From NCBI GenBank assembly GCA_964016885.1, contig OZ024743.1, positions 353,586,001-353,650,000 on the forward strand: a stretch of DNA of 64,000 bases. Direction: 5' to 3'. The stretch is from Eledone cirrhosa (lineage: Eukaryota). The notes under the pieces are model-generated. The model searched no databases, was not told the origin of the DNA, and was given only the letters and a program-made list of their open reading frames with translations. The first letter of the stretch is position 1, and the number at the start of each line of letters is the position of its first letter. Position numbers and translations under genes: made by a program. Of this stretch, positions 22,500-37,920 are shown in pieces.

Positions 22500-22670
22500 C
22501 CGGTGGATTGCATCTGCAATTCAAAGGTTCAGCTATATCACATATTGTATCACGGAAATACATTAAGATTACATGTAGATTACATGTAGATTACTCAACC
22601 AGTTACACATTAATTTCCCAAATTGAACTTTCAGTTGATCGAACAACTGAATGCTCATCGTCGAACTCGA
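22500..22670 (+). mobile_element. Fragment of a dispersed repeat (probably SINE body); homologue on - strand at ~37740-37890
   Basis: AATTCAAAGGTTCAGCTATATCACA...TACATTAAG...GTTGATCGAAC matches the reverse complement of ~37770-37890 (AATTCAAAGGATCAGCCTTGTCACA...TACATTAAG...GTTGATCAAC). Confidence 0.55.
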
Positions 22671-23039
22671 CGGAAGATCCATATTTACTCACTTATTGAT
22701 ATTAATATCGTTTCTATTTCTCTTCACATTAAAGTTGTTAGAATTATATTTTCTGTCATTCTCATAAACAAGTTTGGACAAACAATGTCTTTGCAGCCAT
22801 GAACTGATCAACTAACGCTAGAAGAAGAGAGAAAAGAGAAGGTTATGAAAACATTGCAAGAAATGCAAAATTTAAATTTAATTGGCCATGCGAGTTCCAG
22901 TTCTGTAAGTAGAGCTGGTGATATCCCCAAATGATCACGTGGATTACGAATATTCAATGTTTATTTGCCGCTACCAGTAACAAAGATAAAGAAAAAAATT
23001 AAACATTTTAAATTGGCCAATGGATTCTGAATAATAATT

Positions 23040-23230
23040 CTTCCTAACATTGTCACAAGGCCAGCAATTTGAGGGCCGACGAAAGCCGATCATACTAACC
23101 CCAGTACTTAATTGGTACTTGTTTTATCGAGTCCCGGAAGACTGAAAGGCAAAGTTAATCTTGGCAGGATTCGTGTTCAGAATGTAAAGAGCCAGAACAA
23201 ATACCACAAAGCATTTTGTAGGACGCTGTA
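23040..23230 (-). mobile_element. tRNA-derived SINE (degenerate)
   Basis: ACAAGGCCAGCAATT...TGGTACTT...TTATCGA...GAAAGGCAAAGTTAA shared with copies at 23443, 41110, 42762 and 44606. Confidence 0.75.
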
Positions 23231-23232
23231 AC

Positions 23233-23418
23233 ACAGGCATGTCAAATATGCGGCCCTTTGCAAGCACACCTGCGGTCCGCACAAAGTTTTTTACAGCACA
23301 AGCATGTTTTATTGTTCGTAACATGAGTTTTAATGTGCACAATTAGTTGTGTGTGGCCCTCAGACAACACATATGTGACCCATGCAGCCTCGCCTGCTCT
23401 AACACATTTGTCAATCTT
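23233..23418. mobile_element. hAT (Charlie/Chap-like) non-autonomous transposon relic
   Basis: Begins CAGGCATGTCAAATATGCGGCCC...GCGGTCCGC and carries GTGGCCC near the other end, like typical hAT termini (CAGGGGTGTCAAAC..GCGGCCC); right TIR decayed. Confidence 0.5.
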
Positions 23419-23442
23419 TCTAACATTATTACAAGGTCAGGA

Positions 23443-23636
23443 GGGTACTGGATTGACAGTATTGGGAGAGGGTCGGACACCATGCTTTGACGCATAGAGT
23501 TACGGCCCTTGCCATTCTGAGTTCAAATCCCGCCGAGGTTAACTTTGCCTTTCATCCTTACGGGGTCGATAAAATAAAGTACTAGTAATACACTGGGACA
23601 ATTGCTGGCCTTGTGCCAAAAGTAGAAATAATTATT
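23443..23636 (+). mobile_element. Full-length tRNA-derived SINE nested in an older antisense SINE
   Basis: B-box GAGTTCAAATCC at ~23519 and conserved core GCCTTTCATCCTTACGGGGTCGATAAAAT. Flanked by direct repeat ATTATTACAAGGTCAGGA / ATTATTACCAGGTCAGGA. The older SINE continues 23640-23755 on -. Confidence 0.8.
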
Positions 23637-23849
23637 ACCAGGTCAGGAATTTGGGGAGGAGAAATAAGTCGATTATAATGACCTCAGTTCTTAGTTCTTG
23701 ACTGGTACTTTATTTTATTGAAACGGAAAGGTTGAAATCCAAAGTTGACCTCGACATAGAGATCAGATTCGGCCTGAGCAATAACAACAATAATAATACT
23801 AATAATGATAATAATAACAACAAAAACAACAACATCAACAACAACAACA

Positions 23850-24330
23850 ATAATTCATTTTATTTGCCACAAGGGTGTTGGATAAAGGGGATATTATAAA
23901 GACTAATTGCATACAGTGAAGGAATTTACATGGAAATTGGATAAGATAAAAAGAAAATGACGAGGTAACAGTATATATATATTATACAGATGAAATGTAC
24001 ATAATGTGCAAATAAGGTATTCAGTCCTCCTGATACAGGAGTACCCCCACCTAGGGCCAACCAAAGAACCTTACAGATCCGGGATCAATCTGACCATCAA
24101 AAGTATGTGTCATCTCTCAATTGTAATTGAGCAGCCTACAGGTAGATGCCAAGACTAGACTCATTCACTCAAGCCAATTCCGGTACTTTCCTCCACCTTT
24201 TGAGAAATCTACTCGGAGATAGTATATACACTCCCCACAATAATTTTCCTACCCAAGTAAAACTTGAAAACGTCTGTGAGGAAAGTGTCTGTCTTCAGCA
24301 CTTTCAGCTTCAAATGAATCGTATTTGCCA
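23850..24330 (-). mobile_element. 3' fragment of a third, diverged L1/Tx1-clade element with an (AAC/AAT)n tract at its 3' end
   Basis: - strand reads LKVLKTDTFLT..FKFYLGRKII (cf. ORF2 RLKGLRSGDFLS..FRYHFGRRIR). 3' end CCCTTGTGGCAAATAAAATGAATT matches the 3' ends at ~15550 and ~21346. Followed by (TTG/TTA)n at 23780-23852. Confidence 0.7.
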
Positions 24331-24587
24331 CTAGATGTGGTTCCTTAATCGCTAAAATTACATTTGATCCCTTGTAATATATATATAGCATTTTCATTAT
24401 TTTAATAATTCCGAGTACTTCAAGTATAGTGTCAACAATTTTTCTAAAATAAAGAAACGAATATTCTAAATATGATAAAATATAAATTTATATTTTATAG
24501 GCATAACGTTTTTTTCTCATTGGTTAGAATTATTATCTTATTAAAAACGATAGTGACCTATTGGCATATCGAGTGTACCCAACACTG

Positions 24588-24607
24588 TATATATATATAT
24601 ATATATG

Positions 24608-24686
<79 letters not shown>

Positions 24687-24706
24687 ACGCACACATACGC
24701 ACACGC

Positions 24707-24761
<55 letters not shown>

Positions 24762-24790
24762 CACACATACGCACACACATTATTATATAT
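24588..24790. repeat. (TA)n/(CA)n microsatellite
   Basis: Direct reading. Confidence 0.95.
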
Positions 24791-24919
24791 GATATTATAT
24801 TACATAATATTTTATTTATTACATATTATGTTTATTCATGCATACCTCAATCCAGGGTTATGCAAAACATCATAACAACTACCGGCACCCGATTCTCCAT
24901 TGACACCGCTTCCGACCCC

Positions 24920-25200
24920 AGCACCACCACCACCACCACCACCACCGCCGCCACCACGACGACCACCACCACCGACCAACCGCCACCACCAGCACCAGCA
25001 CCAGCACCACCATCATCACCAAATCCACCACCACCACCACCACCACCGCCACCACCAGCACCAGCACCACCACCACAAACACCACCAGCACCACCACCAT
25101 CTCCACCACCAGCACCACCACCACCATCAGCACCACCACCATCTCCACCACCAGCACCACCACCATCTCCACCAACAGCACCAGCACCAGCACCACCACC

Positions 25201-25231
<31 letters not shown>

Positions 25232-26830
25232 GCACCACCACCATCTCCACTACCAGCACCACTACCATCTCCACCACCACCACCACCACCACCACCACCA
25301 CCACCACCACCACCACTACCAGCACCACCACCACCACCATCTCCACCACCAGCACCACCACCACCAGCACCACCACCACCACCAGCACCAGCACCACCAG
25401 CACCACCACCATCTCCACTACCAGCACCACTACCATCTCCACCACCACCACCACCACCACCACCACCAGTACCACCACCGCCACCACCACCACCACCACC
25501 ACCGCCACCAGCATCTCCACCACCAGCACCAGCACCAGCACCGCCACCACCACCACCACCACCACTACCAGCATCTCCACCACCAGCACCAGCACCAGCA
25601 CCAGCACCACCAGCACCAGTACCACCACCACCACCACCACCACCACCACCACCACCACCACCACCACCACCAGTACCACCACCACCACCACCACCACCAG
25701 CACCAGCACCGCCACCACCACCACCAGCACCAGCACCAGCACCGCCACCACCACCACCACCACCACCAGCACCACCACCACCACCACCACCAGTATCACC
25801 ACCACCACCACCACCACCACCACCACCACCAGCATCTCCACCACCAGCACCAGCACCAGCACCGTCACCAGCACCACCAGCACCAGCACCACCACCAGCA
25901 TCACCACCAGCATCACCACCACCATCTCCACCACCAGCACCAGCACGGCCACCACCACCACCAGCAGCAGCACCACCACCACCCCCAAAAACTACATCAA
26001 CAACGAAGACAACAATATCAACTACAAACAAAAAACAACAACTATACTAAAGAATATAAAAGAAGCGGCACCGTTATGACGATATTAGACGGGTGTGTCG
26101 TGAAGGGTGGGCGGGTGATGATGTATCGATCCAATTCTATCGTGCTTGGATTTAGAATGCTAAACCCATCACCTTCAGCCCCACCCCAAGCACCTTCACC
26201 ATCAGCACCTGCTCCACCACCACAAGCACCTTCATCTCAAGTGACACGTCCGGCACCAAGCACCATCATCACCAGTATCAGCAGCAGAGCAGCAGTAGCA
26301 GCACCGTACCACCACCACCACCACCACCACCACCACCACTACTACAAACATCATCACCATTAACACTACAAACATCATCACCATTATCACCACCAGCACC
26401 ATCATCACCATTAGTGGCAGCGCCAGTGGAACCACCACCACCACCACCACCACTACCATCCCCACTACCACCACCAACACGAACACGAACACCAACACCA
26501 CCAACACCACCATCACAACCACCACCCCCACCTGCACCCCCCAGACGACGACGACGACGACGATCAAAATCACCACCACCACCACCATCAAACGGATACT
26601 TACTTGACAACGGAATAAACCAAACTCTGAAATTGTTCTATTACATAAACGTAGATCAAAGTTGACGCAAACAACAATAACAACAACAACAGCAAAACAA
26701 AACAACAACACAACAAAACAACAACAAAACAACAACCACAACAACAACAAAAACAAAAACAAAACTACGACAACAACAAAACAACAACAACAACAATAAC
26801 AACAACAAAATCAACAATAAACAACGATAT
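24920..26830. repeat. (CCA)n-based triplet repeat with GCA/TCT/CTA/GTA variants, grading into (CAA)n
   Basis: Direct reading; long low-complexity ORFs on both strands. Confidence 0.9.
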
Positions 26831-26834
26831 ATAC

Positions 26835-30025
<3,191 letters not shown>

Positions 30026-30103
30026 GTTATTCCGGGTTGAATCGGAGGTAACCACAGTAAGTAAGGTACTCAATACATTGCAGAGTATAAAAGTTTTAAT
30101 ATA

Positions 30104-30157
30104 GATGAGATTCTACAGGACCAGAACTGTTTCATTCTTTAGAAATCATCAGGAATC
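30104..30157 (-). ncRNA. Type I hammerhead ribozyme (left arm of palindrome)
   Basis: - strand: GATTC-CTGATGA-T-TTC-taaa-GAA-T-GAAA-CAG-ttctggtc-CTG-TA-GAATC(TCATC); intact core, GUA triplet. Confidence 0.82.
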
Positions 30158-30159
30158 CT

Positions 30160-30216
30160 GATGAGATTCTTGATGATTTCTAAAGAATGAAACAGTTCTA
30201 GTCCTGTAGAATCTCA

Positions 30217-30218
<2 letters not shown>
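30160..30218 (+). ncRNA. Type I hammerhead ribozyme (right arm of palindrome, C3U core variant)
   Basis: GATGAGATTC-TTGATGA-T-TTC-taaa-GAA-T-GAAA-CAG-ttctagtc-CTG-TA-GAATCTCATC; perfect 10-bp helix I; followed by (TA)n. Confidence 0.78.
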
Positions 30219-30268
<50 letters not shown>

Positions 30269-30327
30269 GAAAAAAACCTTAAAGACTCGCTCCCTTTTTG
30301 TGTTTTTTCCATATACTGTATTATATA

Positions 30328-30447
30328 TAGTTGAAAAAAAATGAAAACGAAATTTCATTTCTCACTCTTAGTATGGCACTTACTTAAATGTAAGTATGTA
30401 TGTATACGTACATACATATATGTATACAGACGTACAGTAGCATGCAT

Positions 30448-30481
<34 letters not shown>

Positions 30482-30940
30482 ATATACACATATGCATACA
30501 GGTACACATACATATATGCACGCATCAGTTTAGCCTACGTTTATTATAACGCCGGCCGCTTTGTTCGTTTGTTTGTCAACAAAGCGAACAGCCTGAATTT
30601 ATGCCATACGGTGTTAAGGCAACCACGTCACCTTTTTGTTCAACACTGACACAGGAACGATGTACTAGTTTCAAGCTTGTTAGCTATCATCAGCACCGTT
30701 TACCCATCTGCCAGATAGTTGAACGTTCGAAAGTATATACTTTCCTTATGAAAATTAACGGCTGAGCAGCCTAATTTGCATATTGAGTGAGTTAAATCGG
30801 TCAGGCATACCGAAAACGATTAGTTGAAAAAAAATGAAAACGAAATTTCATTTCTCACTCTTAGTATGGCACTTACTTAAATGTAAGTATGTATGTATAC
30901 GTACATACATATATGTATACAGACGTACAGTAGCATGCAT

Positions 30941-30974
<34 letters not shown>

Positions 30975-31894
30975 ATATACACATATGCATACAGGTACAC
31001 ATACATATATGCACGCATCAGTTTAGCCTACGTTTATTATAACGCCGGCCGCTTTGTTCGTTTGTTTGTCAACAAAGCGAACAGCCTGAATTTATGCCAT
31101 ACGGTGTTAAGGCAACCACGTCACCTTTTTGTTCAACACTGACACAGGAACGATGTACTAGTTTCAAGCTTGTTAGCTATCATCAGCACCGTTTACCCAT
31201 CTGCCAGATAGTTGAACGTTCGAAAGTATATACTTTCCTTATGAAAATTAACGGCTGAGCAGCCTAATTTGCATATTGAGTGAGTTAAATCGGTCAGGCA
31301 TACCGAAAACGATTAGTTGAAAAAAAATGAAAACGAAATTTCATTTCTCACTCTTAGTATGGCACTTACTTAAATGTAAGTATGTATGTATACGTACATA
31401 CATATATGTATACAGACGTACAGTAGCATGCATATATATACACATATGCATACAGGTACACATACATATATGCACGCATCAGTTTAGCCTACGTTTATTA
31501 TAACGCCGGCCGCTTTGTTCGTTTGTTTGTCAACAAAGCGAACAGCCTGAATTTATGCCATACGGTGTTAAGGCAACCACGTCACCTTTTTGTTCAACAC
31601 TGACACAGGAACGATGTACTAGTTTCAAGCTTGTTAGCTATCATCAGCACCGTTTACCCATCTGCCAGATAGTTGAACGTTCGAAAGTATATACTTTCCT
31701 TATGAAAATTAACGGCTGAGCAGCCTAATTTGCATATTGAGTGAGTTAAATCGGTCAGGCATACCGAAAACGATTAGTTGAAAAAAAATGAAAACGAAAT
31801 TTCATTTCTCACTCTTAGTATGGCACTTACTTAAATGTAAGTATGTATGTATACGTACATACATATATGTATACAGACGTACAGTAGCATGCAT

Positions 31895-31928
<34 letters not shown>

Positions 31929-32387
31929 ATATACACATATGCATACAGGTACACATACATATATGCACGCATCAGTTTAGCCTACGTTTATTATAACGCC
32001 GGCCGCTTTGTTCGTTTGTTTGTCAACAAAGCGAACAGCCTGAATTTATGCCATACGGTGTTAAGGCAACCACGTCACCTTTTTGTTCAACACTGACACA
32101 GGAACGATGTACTAGTTTCAAGCTTGTTAGCTATCATCAGCACCGTTTACCCATCTGCCAGATAGTTGAACGTTCGAAAGTATATACTTTCCTTATGAAA
32201 ATTAACGGCTGAGCAGCCTAATTTGCATATTGAGTGAGTTAAATCGGTCAGGCATACCGAAAACGATTAGTTGAAAAAAAATGAAAACGAAATTTCATTT
32301 CTCACTCTTAGTATGGCACTTACTTAAATGTAAGTATGTATGTATACGTACATACATATATGTATACAGACGTACAGTAGCATGCAT

Positions 32388-32421
<34 letters not shown>

Positions 32422-32880
32422 ATATACACATATGCATACAGGTACACATACATATATGCACGCATCAGTTTAGCCTACGTTTATTATAACGCCGGCCGCT
32501 TTGTTCGTTTGTTTGTCAACAAAGCGAACAGCCTGAATTTATGCCATACGGTGTTAAGGCAACCACGTCACCTTTTTGTTCAACACTGACACAGGAACGA
32601 TGTACTAGTTTCAAGCTTGTTAGCTATCATCAGCACCGTTTACCCATCTGCCAGATAGTTGAACGTTCGAAAGTATATACTTTCCTTATGAAAATTAACG
32701 GCTGAGCAGCCTAATTTGCATATTGAGTGAGTTAAATCGGTCAGGCATACCGAAAACGATTAGTTGAAAAAAAATGAAAACGAAATTTCATTTCTCACTC
32801 TTAGTATGGCACTTACTTAAATGTAAGTATGTATGTATACGTACATACATATATGTATACAGACGTACAGTAGCATGCAT

Positions 32881-32914
<34 letters not shown>

Positions 32915-33373
32915 ATATACACATATGCATACAGGTACACATACATATATGCACGCATCAGTTTAGCCTACGTTTATTATAACGCCGGCCGCTTTGTTCG
33001 TTTGTTTGTCAACAAAGCGAACAGCCTGAATTTATGCCATACGGTGTTAAGGCAACCACGTCACCTTTTTGTTCAACACTGACACAGGAACGATGTACTA
33101 GTTTCAAGCTTGTTAGCTATCATCAGCACCGTTTACCCATCTGCCAGATAGTTGAACGTTCGAAAGTATATACTTTCCTTATGAAAATTAACGGCTGAGC
33201 AGCCTAATTTGCATATTGAGTGAGTTAAATCGGTCAGGCATACCGAAAACGATTAGTTGAAAAAAAATGAAAACGAAATTTCATTTCTCACTCTTAGTAT
33301 GGCACTTACTTAAATGTAAGTATGTATGTATACGTACATACATATATGTATACAGACGTACAGTAGCATGCAT

Positions 33374-33407
<34 letters not shown>

Positions 33408-33866
33408 ATATACACATATGCATACAGGTACACATACATATATGCACGCATCAGTTTAGCCTACGTTTATTATAACGCCGGCCGCTTTGTTCGTTTGTTT
33501 GTCAACAAAGCGAACAGCCTGAATTTATGCCATACGGTGTTAAGGCAACCACGTCACCTTTTTGTTCAACACTGACACAGGAACGATGTACTAGTTTCAA
33601 GCTTGTTAGCTATCATCAGCACCGTTTACCCATCTGCCAGATAGTTGAACGTTCGAAAGTATATACTTTCCTTATGAAAATTAACGGCTGAGCAGCCTAA
33701 TTTGCATATTGAGTGAGTTAAATCGGTCAGGCATACCGAAAACGATTAGTTGAAAAAAAATGAAAACGAAATTTCATTTCTCACTCTTAGTATGGCACTT
33801 ACTTAAATGTAAGTATGTATGTATACGTACATACATATATGTATACAGACGTACAGTAGCATGCAT

Positions 33867-33900
<34 letters not shown>

Positions 33901-34359
33901 ATATACACATATGCATACAGGTACACATACATATATGCACGCATCAGTTTAGCCTACGTTTATTATAACGCCGGCCGCTTTGTTCGTTTGTTTGTCAACA
34001 AAGCGAACAGCCTGAATTTATGCCATACGGTGTTAAGGCAACCACGTCACCTTTTTGTTCAACACTGACACAGGAACGATGTACTAGTTTCAAGCTTGTT
34101 AGCTATCATCAGCACCGTTTACCCATCTGCCAGATAGTTGAACGTTCGAAAGTATATACTTTCCTTATGAAAATTAACGGCTGAGCAGCCTAATTTGCAT
34201 ATTGAGTGAGTTAAATCGGTCAGGCATACCGAAAACGATTAGTTGAAAAAAAATGAAAACGAAATTTCATTTCTCACTCTTAGTATGGCACTTACTTAAA
34301 TGTAAGTATGTATGTATACGTACATACATATATGTATACAGACGTACAGTAGCATGCAT

Positions 34360-34393
<34 letters not shown>

Positions 34394-34852
34394 ATATACA
34401 CATATGCATACAGGTACACATACATATATGCACGCATCAGTTTAGCCTACGTTTATTATAACGCCGGCCGCTTTGTTCGTTTGTTTGTCAACAAAGCGAA
34501 CAGCCTGAATTTATGCCATACGGTGTTAAGGCAACCACGTCACCTTTTTGTTCAACACTGACACAGGAACGATGTACTAGTTTCAAGCTTGTTAGCTATC
34601 ATCAGCACCGTTTACCCATCTGCCAGATAGTTGAACGTTCGAAAGTATATACTTTCCTTATGAAAATTAACGGCTGAGCAGCCTAATTTGCATATTGAGT
34701 GAGTTAAATCGGTCAGGCATACCGAAAACGATTAGTTGAAAAAAAATGAAAACGAAATTTCATTTCTCACTCTTAGTATGGCACTTACTTAAATGTAAGT
34801 ATGTATGTATACGTACATACATATATGTATACAGACGTACAGTAGCATGCAT

Positions 34853-34886
<34 letters not shown>

Positions 34887-35345
34887 ATATACACATATGC
34901 ATACAGGTACACATACATATATGCACGCATCAGTTTAGCCTACGTTTATTATAACGCCGGCCGCTTTGTTCGTTTGTTTGTCAACAAAGCGAACAGCCTG
35001 AATTTATGCCATACGGTGTTAAGGCAACCACGTCACCTTTTTGTTCAACACTGACACAGGAACGATGTACTAGTTTCAAGCTTGTTAGCTATCATCAGCA
35101 CCGTTTACCCATCTGCCAGATAGTTGAACGTTCGAAAGTATATACTTTCCTTATGAAAATTAACGGCTGAGCAGCCTAATTTGCATATTGAGTGAGTTAA
35201 ATCGGTCAGGCATACCGAAAACGATTAGTTGAAAAAAAATGAAAACGAAATTTCATTTCTCACTCTTAGTATGGCACTTACTTAAATGTAAGTATGTATG
35301 TATACGTACATACATATATGTATACAGACGTACAGTAGCATGCAT

Positions 35346-35379
<34 letters not shown>

Positions 35380-35838
35380 ATATACACATATGCATACAGG
35401 TACACATACATATATGCACGCATCAGTTTAGCCTACGTTTATTATAACGCCGGCCGCTTTGTTCGTTTGTTTGTCAACAAAGCGAACAGCCTGAATTTAT
35501 GCCATACGGTGTTAAGGCAACCACGTCACCTTTTTGTTCAACACTGACACAGGAACGATGTACTAGTTTCAAGCTTGTTAGCTATCATCAGCACCGTTTA
35601 CCCATCTGCCAGATAGTTGAACGTTCGAAAGTATATACTTTCCTTATGAAAATTAACGGCTGAGCAGCCTAATTTGCATATTGAGTGAGTTAAATCGGTC
35701 AGGCATACCGAAAACGATTAGTTGAAAAAAAATGAAAACGAAATTTCATTTCTCACTCTTAGTATGGCACTTACTTAAATGTAAGTATGTATGTATACGT
35801 ACATACATATATGTATACAGACGTACAGTAGCATGCAT

Positions 35839-35872
<34 letters not shown>

Positions 35873-36331
35873 ATATACACATATGCATACAGGTACACAT
35901 ACATATATGCACGCATCAGTTTAGCCTACGTTTATTATAACGCCGGCCGCTTTGTTCGTTTGTTTGTCAACAAAGCGAACAGCCTGAATTTATGCCATAC
36001 GGTGTTAAGGCAACCACGTCACCTTTTTGTTCAACACTGACACAGGAACGATGTACTAGTTTCAAGCTTGTTAGCTATCATCAGCACCGTTTACCCATCT
36101 GCCAGATAGTTGAACGTTCGAAAGTATATACTTTCCTTATGAAAATTAACGGCTGAGCAGCCTAATTTGCATATTGAGTGAGTTAAATCGGTCAGGCATA
36201 CCGAAAACGATTAGTTGAAAAAAAATGAAAACGAAATTTCATTTCTCACTCTTAGTATGGCACTTACTTAAATGTAAGTATGTATGTATACGTACATACA
36301 TATATGTATACAGACGTACAGTAGCATGCAT

Positions 36332-36365
<34 letters not shown>

Positions 36366-36374
36366 ATATACACA
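30328..36374 (-). repeat. Tandem array of 12 complete units (493 bp; one 461 bp) plus a partial unit, each complete unit carrying a hammerhead on the - strand (retrozyme-like)
   Basis: Identical ORF-track entries every 493 bp; the third unit lacks 32 bp of the TA/CA tract. 45-bp hammerhead motifs start at 30656, 31149, 31610, 32103, 32596, 33089, 33582, 34075, 34568, 35061, 35554 and 36047. Confidence 0.95.
30656..30700 (-). ncRNA. Minimal type I hammerhead ribozyme (first of 12 identical - strand copies)
   Basis: Reverse complement reads AACGGTG-CTGATGA-T-AGCT-aaca-AGCT-T-GAAA-C-ta-G-TA-CATCGTT. Confidence 0.9.
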
Positions 36375-36466
36375 AACAAACGAACAAAGCGGCCGGCGTT
36401 ATAATAAACGTAGGCTAAACTGATGCGTGCATATATGTATGTGTACCTGTATGCATATGTGTATAT

Positions 36467-36500
<34 letters not shown>

Positions 36501-36740
36501 ATGCATGCTACTGTACGTCTGTATACATATATGTATGTACGTATACATACATACTTACATTTAAGTAAGTGCCATACTAAGAGTGAGAAATGAAATTTCG
36601 TTTTCATTTTTTTTCAACTAATCGTTTTCGGTATGCCTGACCGATTTAACTCACTCAATATGCAAATTAGGCTGCTCAGCCGTTAATTTTCATAAGGAAA
36701 GTATATACTTTCGAACGTTCAACTATCTGGCAGATGGGTA

Positions 36741-36785
36741 AACGGTGCTGATGATAGCTAACAAGCTTGAAACTAGTACATCGTT
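36741..36785 (+). ncRNA. Minimal type I hammerhead ribozyme
   Basis: AACGGTG-CTGATGA-TAGCT-aaca-AGCTT-GAAA-CtaG-TA^CATCGTT; predicted cleavage after 36778. Confidence 0.9.
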
Positions 36786-36959
36786 CCTGTGTCAGTGTTG
36801 AACAAAAAGGTGACGTGGTTGCCTTAACACCGTATGGCATAAATTCAGGCTGTTCGCTTTGTTGACAAACAAACGAACAAAGCGGCCGGCGTTATAATAA
36901 ACGTAGGCTAAACTGATGCGTGCATATATGTATGTGTACCTGTATGCATATGTGTATAT

Positions 36960-36993
<34 letters not shown>

Positions 36994-37233
36994 ATGCATG
37001 CTACTGTACGTCTGTATACATATATGTATGTACGTATACATACATACTTACATTTAAGTAAGTGCCATACTAAGAGTGAGAAATGAAATTTCGTTTTCAT
37101 TTTTTTTCAACTAATCGTTTTCGGTATGCCTGACCGATTTAACTCACTCAATATGCAAATTAGGCTGCTCAGCCGTTAATTTTCATAAGGAAAGTATATA
37201 CTTTCGAACGTTCAACTATCTGGCAGATGGGTA

Positions 37234-37278
37234 AACGGTGCTGATGATAGCTAACAAGCTTGAAACTAGTACATCGTT
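37234..37278 (+). ncRNA. Minimal type I hammerhead ribozyme
   Basis: Identical to 36741-36785, 493 bp downstream. Confidence 0.9.
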
Positions 37279-37452
37279 CCTGTGTCAGTGTTGAACAAAA
37301 AGGTGACGTGGTTGCCTTAACACCGTATGGCATAAATTCAGGCTGTTCGCTTTGTTGACAAACAAACGAACAAAGCGGCCGGCGTTATAATAAACGTAGG
37401 CTAAACTGATGCGTGCATATATGTATGTGTACCTGTATGCATATGTGTATAT

Positions 37453-37486
<34 letters not shown>

Positions 37487-37920
37487 ATGCATGCTACTGT
37501 ACGTCTGTATACATATATGTATGTACGTATACATACATACTTACATTATTATATATATATATATATAAATATACACACACACACATTCTACACATACATC
37601 GCACAGACACACACACACACACACTGGTACACATGCATTACACACATCACATGTAGTCACCCTTACTTACAAATGTGCACATATCCAAGACGCACATTCA
37701 CATATACGCAGACATGCAGACAAATATGGATCACCGTAGGTTTCCAATGTGTATTTCAATTGGTTGATCAACCCAATGGTATACTCAATGAATTATATTG
37801 GAAGTGGCCGCATGTTCCACAGACCCTTCTATTCTTAATGTAATGCACTGGCAGCGTGACTCAGTGTGTGACAAGGCTGATCCTTTGAATTAGAAGTCTA
37901 ATCCATCAAGTAGACTTTTG

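Larger units (their letters stand above)
36372..37547 (+). repeat. Inverted block of ~2.4 units of the same 493-bp repeat
   Basis: Reverse complement of the array units; junction at the ACA microhomology 36372-36374; ends in TA-rich sequence. Confidence 0.95.

Noticed and set aside
23443-23535. tRNA gene
   Set aside because: It has a B-box but no cloverleaf; it is the tRNA-derived head of a SINE
30341-37100. Repeated 102-aa ORF (MKTKFHFS...) in the 493-bp units as a protein gene array
   Set aside because: It runs through TA/CA microsatellite, is broken by the 32-bp deletion in unit 3 and is not seen in the diverged subfamily; conservation lies in the antisense RNA structure
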